Source: Mobula birostris
Taxonomy: Eukaryota
Direction of reading: 5' to 3'
Assembly (NCBI RefSeq): GCF_030028105.1
Contig: NC_092402.1
Span: 62,669,110-62,733,109 of the forward strand
DNA length: 64,000 nucleotides
Part shown: piece by piece, positions 50,846-63,454 of the stretch
How positions within the stretch are numbered: the stretch's first letter is position 1
Layout of the letters: the number at the start of each line of letters is the position of its first letter
Translations under genes and position numbers: made by a program
The notes under the pieces: generated by a model
What the model saw: the letters and a program-made list of their open reading frames with translations, nothing else
The model's database searches: none
What the model was told of the DNA's origin: nothing

Positions 50846-52359
50846 TCCATCTCCATGACTTTATCGAGAATTTCAACCTCAAGAAAAACCTCCCTACATC
50901 CCTGCGGGTTGGGAAGAAGGTGCTGGGGGAATGGCAGGTGTAAAATAGATGAGATTAGAATAGATTGGAGTTATTAATTGTATGAATATCGAAACACACA
51001 GTGAAATGCATCATTTGCGTTAACAGCCAGCACAGTCTGAGGCTGTGCTGGGGGCAGCCCATAAGTGTCACTACACATTCTGGCACCAACATAACATGAC
51101 CACAACATTCAGCAGAACAGCATGCAGCCAACATACAACAAGCAGCAACAACAAAACAGGCCCCTTTCCCACATACACTGACGGTCACCAACCACAAGTT
51201 AGGCTGCCTCCGAGCCTCCGACCTCCAGACCATGGCCCCAGACTCACAGACGTTGAGCCTCCAACCTCCTGACTCACCAACCTCAGGGCTTCAAATGTTC
51301 AACTATAAAAGCTGTTATTTTCTTTTCACAATGTTTGTCAAAGGCCTTTAGGCTTTCAGGAGATCTGGAGTGGGGGTGTGAGATTGGTGGTGGGGCCTCC
51401 ATGCTACCCTGCCTGAGATCTGGCTGTCACTCACTGGACATTTTGAGATGCAGAGAACAAGCTTGTCCAGCCCTCTGCATATGGATAAGGTAAGTCAGGA
51501 TGGGCAGACACCACAAGAGCCAAGTACAGGGCCATTATTCTCCATTCTCATCTCCCTAAAGAGCTGTGTGACAGAAAAAAATTTGGGAACCTCTCCACTC
51601 TCAAACTCCAATCTGAGAACAGAGCTCCCTCCTACACCAGCCCCTCAGCAATCTTCCCAATACATTTCAAGGGGGTTGACCAAACCACACAAGTCCTGAA
51701 AATCAAAAATAAACCTGCAGCTGTGGGAAATCTGATATAAAATCTGGCTATTTCTACTTGACATCATTTTTGGATCAGTATTTTTTTCCACAGTTTAATG
51801 TGCTAGTCTTGTCCTACAAACTTACTATTAAGAAAGTTAATCTGATTTTACCTGTTACCAAACTGCTATATTAGTCCATTTGGTCTTGCCCTATCAAAGA
51901 TATTCCCATCGTTCTACTCATTCCTTCGCCTCTCCACCCCTGCACAAGGTGTTACAATGAGAAGCTGGGAAGGCCTGTATTCCAGAAAGAGATAAATTGA
52001 GCCAAAACAGCTTCCTTCATCCAAGTATCAGACATGCAATCTGTTTTCAACAGTGGATTGCTGTTTCTTTGGGATTTGATTTCAACCTCTGAGATTTTTT
52101 TTCATTTTGCTGATACAATGCATTTGCTACAATCCAGGTTATTTTAGTCCCAGCAGTGTGGACAATGTGTCTTTTCACACTTCTAGGGAGCATGACTAAT
52201 TAAAGAGTGATCTGAGTTGATAACAGCTTTCTCAATGATCAGTAAATTAAAAAAAGAAAACTCAAGTGTGCCCGGTGCAGGAGAATTTTCTCTGTGTTAC
52301 TTCCCGGGGTGAAACATCACTGGGTTTAGAGGCATGTAAGAAATACCCTCAGTGACATT

Positions 52360-54610
52360 GCCATAAGACCATAAGATTTAGGAGTAGAATTTGGCCATTC
52401 GGACCATTGAGTCTGCTCCACCATTTCCTCCTGGCTGATCCAGTTCCCTCTCAACCCCAATCTCCTGCCTTCTCCCTGTAATCTTTCATGTCCTGTCTAA
52501 TCAGGAACCCATCAACCTCTGTCTTAAATACACGAAATGACTTGACCTCTGCAGTCACACGTGGCAATGAATTCCACAGATTCACCAACCTCTGACTAAA
52601 GAACTTCCTCCTCATCTTCATTCTAAGGCTATTCTGAGGCTATGCCCTCTGGTCCTAGACTCCCCCGCTACAGAAAGCAGCCACTCCACAACCCTTCTAT
52701 CTAGGCCTCCCAACTTTAGACAGGCTTCAATGAGATCACCCCTCATTCTTCTAAATTCCAGCAGGTACAAGCCCAGCGCCTTCAATCGCCACTCATATGA
52801 CAATTCTTTCATTCACAGAATTGTTCTCGTAAACCTCCTGTGAACTCTTTCCAACATCAGCACATCCTTTCTTAGATAAGACCCAAACCTGCTCACAATA
52901 CCCCAAGTGAAGCCTCACCTGTGTCTTATAAAGCCTCAGAATTACATCCTTGCTTTTATATTCTAGTCCTTTCAAAATTAATGCTAACACTTCATTTGCC
53001 TTCCTCACCACTGACTCAACCTGCAAATTAACCTTTAGGGAATTCTGCAAAGGACTCCCAAGTCCTCTTGCATCTTGGATTGTTGAATTTTCTCCCTATT
53101 TAGATAATAGTCTATGCCTTTGTTCCTTCTACCAAAGTGCATGACCATACACACCTTACACTGTATTCCATCTGCCACTCCTTTGCCCATTCTCCAGCAG
53201 TTTAAGTCCTTCTGCAGCTTCCTTGCTTCCTTAACACTACCTTCCCCTCCATAATGTCCACAAGCTTGGCTACAAAGCTTCATAATGTCCACAAGCTTGG
53301 CTACAAAGCCATCAATTCCTCCATCCAAATCGTTGACATATACCGGTAACATAAAAAGAATCAGTCCCAACACTAATCCCTGCAGTACACCTCTAGTCAC
53401 TGGCAGTCAACCAGAAAAGGCTCCTTTGTTCCCACTCTTTGCCTCCAGCCATTCAGCCAATCCTCTATCCATGCTAGTATCTTTCCTGTAACACCACTGG
53501 CTCTTGTTAAGCAGCCTCATGTTTGGCACCTTGTCAAAGGCCAACTGAAAATCCAAGTACACAACACCTTCTAATTCTCCTTTGTCTATCCTGCTTGCTA
53601 CCTCCTCAAAGAATTCCAACAGATTTGTCAGGCAAGGATTTCCCTTAAGGAAACCATTCTGACTTTGGCCAATTTTATCATGTGCCTCCAAGTACCCCGA
53701 GATCTTAACCTTAACAATCGACTCCAACATCTTCCCAACCACTGAAGTCAGACTAACTGGTCTACAACTTCAAAGTTGCTGGTGAACGCAGCAGGCCAGG
53801 CAGCATCTCTAGGAAGAGGTACAGTCGACGTTTCAGGCCGAGACCCTTCATCAGGTTAGTCCCATGAAAAAAAACTTTTTGTATCCTCTTTGGTAATATT
53901 GCCTAGCTTACCTTTATATTTCATCTATTCCCTCCTTATGGCTTTTTTAGTTGCCTTCTCTTTTTAGAAGCTTCCCAGTCCTCTAACTTCCCACTAATTT
54001 TGCTCTATTATATGTCCTCTCTTTTGCTTTTATGTTGTCTTTGATTTCCCTTGTCAACCATGTTTGCCCCATCCTGCCTTCAGATTTATCTTCTTCTTTA
54101 TAATGTATCTATCCTGCGCCTTCCGAATTGCTTTCAGAATCTCCAGCCATGCTGTTTTGTTGTCATCCCTGCTAGTGTTCCCTTCCAATCGACTTTGACC
54201 AGCTCTTCTGTCATGTCTCTATACATTAATTCCCTTTACTCCATTGGGATACTGATACATCTGACTTTATCTTCTCCCTATCAAATTTCAGGGTGAAGTC
54301 TATCATTTTATGATCACTGCCTCCAAAGGGTTCCCTTACGTTAAGGTCCCAAATCAAATCAGGTGCATTACAAAAACACTCAATCTAGAATAGCCTTTCC
54401 CCTTGTGGACTCAACCACAAGCTACTCTAAAAAGCCACCTCATAGGTATTCTACAAATTTTCCCTCTTAGGATCCAGCACCAATCTGATTTTCCTAATCT
54501 ACATGCATATTGAAATCCCCCATGACTATCATAACATTGCCCCTTTGTCATGCCTTTTCTATCTCCCTTTGTAATTTGTAGCCCACATTTGGACTACTGT
54601 TCAGAGGCCA
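52360..54610 (-). mobile_element. CR1 ORF2 (APE end, RT, 3' UTR), inactivated, with PLE insertion and deletion
   Basis: LDFQLAFDKVPN, GVLQGLVLG, LEYKSKDVILRLYK; cataagac-type tail at 52362. Confidence 0.9.
53770..53863 (-). mobile_element. PLE pLTR fragment with hammerhead core (53823-53855)
   Basis: Minus strand reads ctgatga-agggtctcggcct-gaaacgtc-gact; the 5' strand of stem I is lost. Confidence 0.8.
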
Positions 54611-55764
54611 GTTGTGGACCATTATCACATAGCTGGTCCATTCTATTGCTCAGTTTCCAGCACCTTCCTCCCCCTCTGACCCCAGTTATCCCACTCTCCC
54701 TTCACATGACCTCACTTCTCCTTTGACCTCTCAGAGGACCCTGACCTCCTCACATGACCTTAGTTATTCCCCTCTAACACCTCAAATGATCCATGCTGTT
54801 CCCCGCTTACCCCTGCAACCCCCAGTTATTGCCTGACATAACATTTAACACTGGTTATTCTCCTTGCACCTCTTTTCTCCTTTCTGGATTTTTCATAATC
54901 CCTTACCTTGTCCTAGTTAATCCTTTCGAACCCATCAGGATCCCTGTTATTCCCCTCTGGCCCCTCAAATGGCTTTTGCTTGCGACACAGAGGAATGCAC
55001 AATGGAACAAGCCCTTCGGCCCAACTCATCCATGCCGATCAAGATGCTCATTTCCTCTCCATGCACCTGCCCAGAAGTCTCAAATGTTGATATTGTACGT
55101 GCCTCAGCCAGTTCCTCTTTGGGTGAAGAAATTGCCCCTCAGACCTATTTTAAATCCCTCACCTTAAACCTATGTTCTCTGGCCTTTGATTCCCTTTCCC
55201 TGGGAAAAAGACAATGTGTTCTCACCCTGTCTCTGCCCCTGATGATTTTATACACCCCTATAAGGTCACCTACAATAAAATGGACTGTTGACCTTATAAT
55301 CTACCTCGTTATGGCCTAACACCTTATTGTCTGTCTGCATTGCCCTTTATCTGTAACTGTTACACATTATTCTGCATTTTGTCATTGTTTTCCCTTGTAA
55401 TACCTCAATGTACTACTGCAATGAATTGATCTGTTTGACAGGCTTTTCTCCATACCTCAGTACATGTGACAATAAGAAACTAATTTAACAATTTAATTTA
55501 TGCTCGGTCTTTAGGACTCCAGTGAGTAAAGTCCTCATCTGCCCAACCTCTCCCGGAAGTCCTGGAAAAATTCTCATAAATCTTCTTTGCACTCTTTCCA
55601 GATTAATGTTGTCTTTCTTGTACAAGGGTAACTAAAATTGTATACAATACTTCCGGTGCAATTTCACCAAGGACTTATACAACTATAACATAACTTCCCA
55701 ACTGTTATACTCTGTGCCATGACTGATGAAGGCCAGTGTGCTAAAAGCCTTCTTCACCATCCAG

Positions 55765-56112
55765 TCTCCTCCAAGAGACCCCAGCCTTGTCATAGGGTTT
55801 GGAGGTCTGCATGCCTCAATGTCCCAGAGAGCTATGTTGGCTGGAATCAGGGATTTATGCTTTGGTTCTTGGTAGGGTCACCCATGCCAAACAGGTCAGA
55901 GGATAGAGGCCAGAACAAGCGTGGTCCAGTGGTGCTCCAGGTTTGGGGGTTTAGCTCAGGGCTAACTACCCTGAAAGGTAAAAAAAAACATTATTACAGA
56001 AATGGCAATGAAGTATCCTTCTGTATCTACGTGCGATTGTATGGACAGACGGAGATGAAAGCCCTACATCATTGCCCTGAACCCCTGTGGTGTAACGGGC
56101 AGTAAGTATGTA
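55765..56112 (+). mobile_element. Bipartite RTE-derived non-autonomous element, copy 2
   Basis: Aligns with 15808-16230; inserted in a minus-strand CR1 fragment. Confidence 0.65.
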
Positions 56113-56419
56113 CCATCCAGACTACCTATAGTGTCCCTTTCAGGAAGTGATGAACTGTACTTATATTCCTAAGTCCCTCTGTTCTACAATACTCTCTGGG
56201 ACCCACCAAAGACTGCGAAAGCCTACCCTGGTTTGACTTCCCAATCTGCAACACCTCACATTTATCTGAATTCAACTCATTTACCATTTTTTGGCCCACA
56301 TGCCCAGCTGACCAAAGTCCTCTCACATGTCTCAAATGAGCCTAGTTATTCCATGATCCCTAAAATGGCTCAGTTATTCCCTTCTGACTCACGATAATCC
56401 ACTAAATTTCATCAGACAG

Positions 56420-57010
56420 GGCTCTGAGTACAGATGTTGGGATGTTACGATGCAGTTGCACAAGATGGTGAGGCTGCAGTTGAAATATTATGTTCAGTTT
56501 TGGTCACCCTGCTACAGGAAAAATGCCATTAAGCTGGAAAGAGTGCAGAAGAGATTTGCAAGGATGTTGCCAGGAATCGAGGTACAGTACTGATTTACAG
56601 AGAGAGGTTGAGCATGTCAGAAATCCTTTCACTAGAGAATGAAAAAATGAGGAGTGATCTTATAGCAGTCTATAAAGTCATGAGGGACATAGACAGGGTG
56701 AACACACACAGTCTTTTCCCCAGGGTTGGGAATCAAGAACTAGACGACAAAGGTTTAAGGTGAGAGGGGGAGATATTCAATGGGAGCCTGAAAGGCAACT
56801 TTATCACCCGGAGGGTGGTGGGTATATGGAATGAGCTGCCAGAGGGAGTGGCAGAGCCAGGTACATTAACAACATTTAAAAGGTACTTGGAAAGGAGAAG
56901 TTTAGAGGGATATTGGCCAAACTTGGGTAAATGGGATTAGTTTGGATGGGAATCTTGGTCTGTACAGATCACTTGGGCTCAAAGGTCTGTTTCTGTGTTG
57001 TACAACTCTC
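56420..57010 (+). mobile_element. CR1 3' fragment
   Basis: VQFWSPCYRKNAIKLERVQKRF-type sequence and 3' UTR. Confidence 0.8.
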
Positions 57011-58078
57011 CTCTAAGTCTCCTTAATGACCCATCCAAGTTAACCATTCCGCTAGTTTTTGGCGTCCACCTATCCCAGTACTCCAGGGTGTCGGGTGCTC
57101 CTAATCTACAACAATGCCCCCCCGCCACCGCATCTGTAAACTTCAGCACAGCTCTCTCTCTGCTGAGCCAAGGCTGCTCCCAAAGAGTTAACTAAGCGTT
57201 AATTTTCCCATCACATGCCATCTGGAGGGAGATCGAGGCAGCAGGAAGCACTCACACACTGATTGCATTCATAATAACACTTCACAAACCGGGGAGCAAT
57301 CAGTGGTGAGTTTTGAAGAGTGCTCCTGCTGAGAGGCCTACTCTCTCTGCTTACAATCAGCCAAGGACTCAGGGGAAAGGGGAAATGCTCCTGCTGAAGG
57401 CAGTCACTTATCTCGGCCGTGCCAGCAACCAGTGCCATGGGAATTCCTGATGCCAATGCCATGTAGACCACACTCCCATTCTGCCAGGTTGGTCACCACC
57501 ACTGATGAATAGCGGTTGAATACTCCAACCACTGGACTGTCTTGGTTCAAGCAATGTTGGAAGAGTGGGCAGGGTCAGCTGATCAAGGAAGGAATAAACA
57601 GATTACTAGAGGAACTCAACAGGCCAAGCAACATCCATGGAGGGAAATGGAGGTTTCTGGACCAGATGAAAGTTCTTGCCTGCAGCAGTTCTCTGCCTCA
57701 TTAACCAGAGATACAAGAGACTGCAGATGCAGAAATGTGCTCCAGCTTCCAACATCTGCAGTCTCTTGTATCTCTGTGAAGCAGTTTTCTGAAGGAGAGA
57801 GGAGAGAAAGAATATAAAAAACATTATATTATTTTATTCTTCATTATGTTTAAAAGTACATTTCAATCTCATGCTGGATCCTTTGACAATTTTTGTATTC
57901 CAGACGATTGTGCAAAAACTGTGGAAGAGTGTTGGTGCCAATTCTCATAACAGCCACCCCAAAGAGGATCCCAGTATTGAATTTAAAAATGCAAACACGA
58001 GGAAATCCACAGATGCTGGAATTTCAAGCAACACACATAAAAGTTGCTGGTGAATGCAGCATCTTCAGGAAGAGGTAC

Positions 58079-58114
58079 AGTCGACGTTTCAGGCCGAGAC
58101 CCTTCGTCAGGACT
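58079..58114 (-). ncRNA. Minimal type I hammerhead ribozyme motif
   Basis: Minus strand reads agtc-ctgacga-agggtctcggcct-gaaacgtc-gact. Confidence 0.82.
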
Positions 58115-58403
58115 AACTGAAGGAGAGTGAGTAAGAGATTTGAAAGTGGGAGGGGGAGGAGGAGATCCAAAATGATAGGAGAAGACAGGAGGGGGAGGGA
58201 TGGAGCCAAGAGCTGGACAGGTGATTGGCAAAAGGGGATACGAGAGGATCATGGGACAGGTCAGGGGAGAAGGAAAAGGGGGGGGGGGAGAAAAACCCAG
58301 AGGGTGGGCAAGGGGTATAGTCAGAGGGAGAAAAAGGAGAGTGAGAGAAAGAATGTGTGTATATAAATAAATAACAGATGGGGTACGAGGGGGAGGTGGG
58401 GCA

Positions 58404-60390
58404 TTAGCAGAAGTTAGAGAAGTCAATGTCCATGCCATCAGGTTGGAGGCTACCCAGACGGAATATAAGGTGTTGTTCCTCCAACCTGAGTGTGGCTTCA
58501 TCTTTACAGTAGAGGAGGCCGTGGATAGACATATCGGAATGGGAATGGGACATGGAATTAAAATGTGTGGCCACTGGGAGATCCTGCTTTCTCTGGCGGA
58601 CAGAGCATAGGTGTTCAGCAAAATGGTCTCCCAGTCTGTGTCGGGTCTCGCCAATATATAGAAGGCTGCACCGGGAGCACCGGACGCAGTATATCACCCC
58701 AGCTGACTCACAGGTGAAGTGTCGCCTCACCTGGAAGGACTGTCTGGGGCCCTGAATGGTGGTGAGGGAGGAAGTGTAAGGGCATGTGTAGCACTTGTTC
58801 CACTTACAAGGATAAGTGCCGGGAGGGAGATCAGTGGGGAGGGATGGGGGGGAACGAATGGACAAGGGAGTCGCGTAGGGAGCGATCCCTGCGGAAAGCA
58901 GAGAGAGGGGGGAGGGAAAGATGTGCTTAGTGGTGGGATCCATTTGGAGGTGGCGGAAGTTACAGAGAATTATATGTTGGACCCGTAGCCTGGTGGGGTG
59001 GTAGGTGAGGACAAGGGGAACCCTATTCCTAGTGGGGTGGCAGGAGGATGGACTGACAGCAGATGTGCGTGAAATGGGGGAGATGCGTTTAAGAGCAGAG
59101 CTGATGGTGGAGGAAGGAAAGCCCCTTTCTTTAAAAAAGGAGGACATCTCCTTCATTCTGGAACGAAAAGCCTCATCCTGAGAGCAGATGCGGCGGAGAT
59201 GGAGGAATTGCGAGAAGGGGGTGGCATTTTTGCAAGAGACACGGTGAGAAGAGGAATAGTCCAGATAGCTGTGAGAGTCAGTAGGCTTATAGTAGACATC
59301 AGTAGATAAGCTGTCTCTAGAGATAGAGACAGAAAGATCTAGAAAGGGGAGGGAAGTGTCGGAAATGGACCAGGTAAACTTGAGGGCAGGGTGAAAGTTG
59401 GAGGCAAAGTTAATGAAGTCAACGAGCTCAGCATGTGTGCAGGAAGCAGCGCCAATGCAGTCATCGATGTAGCGAAGGAAAAGTGGGGGACAGATACCAG
59501 AATAGGTTTGGAACATGGATTGTTCCACAAAGCCAACAAAAAGGCAGGCATAGCTAGGACCCATACGGGTGCCCATGGCTACACCTTTAGTTTGGAGGAA
59601 GTGGGAGGAAGCAAAGGAGAAATTATTAAGAGTAAGGACTAATTCTGCTAGACGGAGCAGAGTGGTGGTAGAGGGAAACTGGTTAGGTCTGGAATCCAAA
59701 AAGAAGCGGAGAGCTTTGAGACCTTCCTGATGGGGGATGGAAGTATATAGGGACTGGACATCCATAGTGAAAATAAAGCGGTGGGGGCCAGGGAACTTAA
59801 AATCATCGAAAAGTTTCAGAGCGTGAGAAATGTCACGAACATAGGTAGGAAGGGATTGAACAAGGGGGGATAAAACAGTGTTGAGGTATGCAGACAACAG
59901 GAATTCTGCAGATGCTGGAAATTCAAGCAACACACATCAAAGTTGCTGGTGAATGCAGCAGGCCAGGCAGCATCTGTAGGAAGAGGTGCAGTCAACGTTT
60001 CAGGCCGAGACCCTTCGTCAGGGTCTCGGCCTGAAACGTCGACTGCACCTCTTCCTACAGATGCTGCCTGGCCTGCTGCGTTCACCAGCAACTTTGATGT
60101 GTGTTGCTTGAGGTATGCAGAAACGAGTTCGGTGGGGCAGGAGCAAGCTGAGACAATAGGTCTGCCAGGACAGGCAGGTTTGTGGATCTTGGGTAGGAGG
60201 TAGAAAAGGGAAGTGCGAGGTGTGAGAACTATAAGGTTGGTAGCAGTGGATGGGAGATCCCCTGAGCGGATAAAGTCGGTGATGGTGTGGGAGACAATGG
60301 CCTGGTGCTCCTTAGTGGGGTCACGATCGAAGGGTAAATAAGAGGAGGTATCCGTGAGTTGTTGCTGTGCCTCGGCAAGGTAGAGGTCAG
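58404..60390 (-). CDS. PLE reverse transcriptase and GIY-YIG endonuclease ORF, 5'-truncated and interrupted by an insertion at 59895-60107
   Basis: FYLLPKIHK...GRPIVS (60120-60390), MDVQSLYTSIP, GVAMGT, RYIDD, Cys linker CKWNKCYTC, GVIYCVRC...LYIGET...HF; stop-free from 59894 to 58404. Confidence 0.9.
59895..60107. mobile_element. Palindromic PLE pLTR insertion nested in the PLE ORF
   Basis: 14-bp TSD ttgaggtatgcaga (59881-59894 / 60108-60121); 91-bp arms 59924-60014 and 60020-60110 with a 5-nt loop. Confidence 0.9.
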
Positions 60391-60397
60391 TGCAGTG

Positions 60398-61290
60398 CGT
60401 CTACTATAAGCCTACTGACTCTCACAGCTATCTGGACTATTCCTCTTCTCACCCTGTCTCTTGCAAAAATGCCATCCCCTTCTCGCAATTCCTCTGTCTC
60501 TGCTGCATCTGCTCTCAGGATGAGGCTTTTCATTCCAGGACGAAGGAGATGTCCTCCTTTTTTAAAGAAAGGGGCTTCCCTTCCTCCACCATCAACTCTG
60601 CTCTCAAACGCATCTCCCCCATTTCACACACATCTGCTCTCACCCCATCTTCCCGCCACCCCACTAGGAAGAGGGTTCCCTTTGACCTCACCTACCACCC
60701 CACCAACCTCCAGGTCCAACATATTATTCTCCGTAACTTCCGCCACCTCCAACGGGATCCCCCCACTAAGCACATCTTTCCCTCCCCACTCTCTCTGCTT
60801 TCCGCAAGGATCGCTCCCTACGCGACTCCCTTGTCCATTCGTCCCCCCCATCCCTCCCCACTGATCTCCCTCCTGGCACTTATCCGTGTAAGCGGAACAA
60901 GTGCTACACATGCCCTTACACTTCCTCTGTCACCACCATTCAGGGCCCCAGACAGTCCTTCCAGGTGAGACAACACTTCACCTGTGAGTCGGCTGGGGTG
61001 ATATACTGCGTCCGGTGCTCCCTATGCGGCCTTCTATATATTGGCGAGATCCGACGCAGACTGGGAGATCGTCTCACTGAACACCTACGCTCTGTCCGCC
61101 AGAGAAAGCAGGATCTCCCAGTGGCCACACATTTTAATTCCATGTCCCATTCCCATTCTGATATGTCTATCCACGGCCTCCTCTACTGTAAAGGTGAAGC
61201 CACACTCAGGTTGGGGGAACAACACCTTATATTCCGTCTGGGTAGCCTCCAACCTGATGGCATAAACATTGACTTCTGAAATTTCCGCTA
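60398..61290 (+). pseudogene. PLE RT thumb, linker and GIY-YIG fragment (inverted copy)
   Basis: VYYKPTDSHSYLDY...GVIYCVRCSLCGLLYIGE...GINIDF; frameshifted. Confidence 0.85.
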
Positions 61291-61588
61291 ATGCCCCACC
61301 TCCCCCTTGTACCCCATCCCTTATTTATTTATTTATCTACACACATTCTTTTTCTCTCTCTCCTTTTTCTCCCTTTGTCCCCCTCACTATACCCCTTGCC
61401 CATCCTCCGGTTTTTCCCCCCCTTCCCCTTTTCTTTCTCCCCGGACCTCCTGTCCCATGATCCTCTCGTATCCCTTTTGCCAATCACCTGTCCAGCTCTC
61501 GGCTCCATCCCTCCCCCTCCTGTCTTCTCCTATCATTTTGGATCTTCCCCTCCCCCTCTCAAATCTCTTACTATCTCTTCTTTCAGTT

Positions 61589-61624
61589 AGTCCTGACGAA
61601 GAGTCTCGGCCTGAAACGTCGACT
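61589..61624 (+). ncRNA. Minimal type I hammerhead ribozyme motif
   Basis: tagtc-ctgacga-agagtctcggcct-gaaacgtc-gacta; one stem II mismatch. Confidence 0.75.
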
Positions 61625-62502
61625 ACAGCATTTCCTAGAGATGCTGCCTGGCCTGCTGCATTCACCAGCAACTTTGATGTGTGTTGTCAGTATTGAATCT
61701 TGCTCTATCATGAGTGCCCTGCTGGATCAAAGTCCAAAGTAAATTTATTATTGAAGTACCTATTTGTTACCATATACTACCTTGAGATTCATTTTTTTGC
61801 AGGCATTTACAGGAAAAGGGAAACACAATAGAATTTATACATAAACGGACGAAGACTAACAAACAACCAATGTGCAAAAAAGAAGGCATACTGTGCAAGT
61901 AAAAGGTAATACTGAGAACACGAATTGTAAAGAGTCCTTGAAAGTGAGTCTATAGCTCGTAGAATCAGTTCAGAGTAGTGGTGATTAAAGTTATCTGTGC
62001 CATCATAATAGTGAAGGGAGGGTTCTACCGGTCACAGTCCAGAGTTCCATATTGCTCGCTCAATGAGTAAATGTTATGAGGCCCAATACAGGGCACAGGT
62101 ACAGACACAAGCTGTAGGTATGAACTAAGTTCTTGGCAGTGAATTCAGGCAAGTCTTATGCAGTGAAGTTCAACATGATGGAGATCGTAGATATAAAGCA
62201 GGGCTCTCGACAGCAATAGTATGTCTTCTGTAATATTTCATAAAAGTTGATTTCTGCATGCAAACACAATCATCACTGACTGTCCACATGCAATCATTGT
62301 CAGTTTCTAATGAATGCAGCCCATGCAAGACAAGTACAGTTAGGAGGTATGTTTATTGCAGGAATTTTAGCTCATGAAACTGACCAAGGCCAAGTCAAAT
62401 CTTAAGAAGGGTGGCTTCTACTGGATGTAGATGCTTAAAAGTCATTCCACAGATTGGGTGGCGCAGTGTCGTAGTTTGGGTAGCAAACAGCAGCAGGCAC
62501 CC

Positions 62503-63452
62503 TGTTACTCTGTAGCTTGTACACAAATAACAAACACACCCACCCAAGGATGTCAGTGCACACACACGGTAGCTTATAGGTTTTCACAAATAAAGTAGCT
62601 GAGGTGTTTTATGCTTCCAAAAAACTGTAGCAACTCACTTATTGAACACCAAAAAACTGAACTTCAAGTGCGCTTAAAAAACCCTTTATGTAATTATGTC
62701 ACCATGTCAGACCAGCCTCTTAAAGCGAAACCCCAATTCAATGTCGGTGGTTGTGAATTATGTACATTTCTCCCCATTACATTACTCTACATAGGCCCCC
62801 CCAGAATTCACTAAAACCAGCATCGTGAGCTTGTCTGGAGCTCAGACAAGCCCGCCGGCTTCAATCCTGTGTTCCATGGGTGGAGGAACCACAGGTACCT
62901 CTGGCTCGTCCAGAGGGGTGTTGACACGTTCACGTCGTGATGGCAGGGGCATGGTAGCGGAGTGCCTCAAAATCTTGGTGGGCCGGTTTAAGACAATCTA
63001 CTGAAATAAGTTCAGATTTACTCCTCTTATCTATGATAAAAGTTTTTTCTCCCCATTCCTGAACACAGAACGAGCCATCGTAAGGGGGCTTAAGGGGGCA
63101 TTGGTGTGCATCACAGGGGCCGAAAACAAACAAGGCAGAATGTAGGTCAACAGGAACCCAAGACAGCTGTGCGCCGTGATGGGAGGTAGGAATAGGTGAA
63201 AAGGAATTGAATTTACTGAGGAGGGTGGAACGTCATTGAGAGGCCAGCCAGGCAGTCGTGACATCAAGAATAAATCACCTGACACTCGCAATGGCTGCCC
63301 GGTTACCAACTCAGCCATAGATGACTGCAGGCCCTCTTTTGGAGCTGTTCTGAGCTCCAGCAGAACCCATGGGAGACAATCATGCCAACACTCATCAGTC
63401 AGGGAAGTCCTCAGAGCAGCCTTTAAGGAGGGTGAAATGTGCTGAAATTCCT
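62503..63452 (-). mobile_element. Ty3/Gypsy LTR retrotransposon 3' fragment (integrase C-terminus, PPT, 3' LTR)
   Basis: LKAALRTSLTDECWHDCLPWVLLELRTAPKE, AELVTGQPLRV and PPYDGSF...ISVDCLKPAH (GPY/F module); PPT gggggggcc then an LTR from tgtag at 62791 to about 62503-62511. Confidence 0.85.
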
Positions 63453-63454
63453 TT

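Larger units (their letters stand above)
57983..61687. mobile_element. Penelope-like element (Neptune-type) inverted composite insertion
   Basis: Minus-strand copy 57983-60390 plus plus-strand copy 60398-61687, with 3' pLTRs facing outward; 11-bp TSD cagtattgaat (57972-57982 / 61688-61698). Confidence 0.92.

Noticed and set aside
53250-53310. 31-bp tandem duplication at the CR1 RT catalytic motif
   Set aside because: Real, but an ordinary inactivating mutation in a dead copy.
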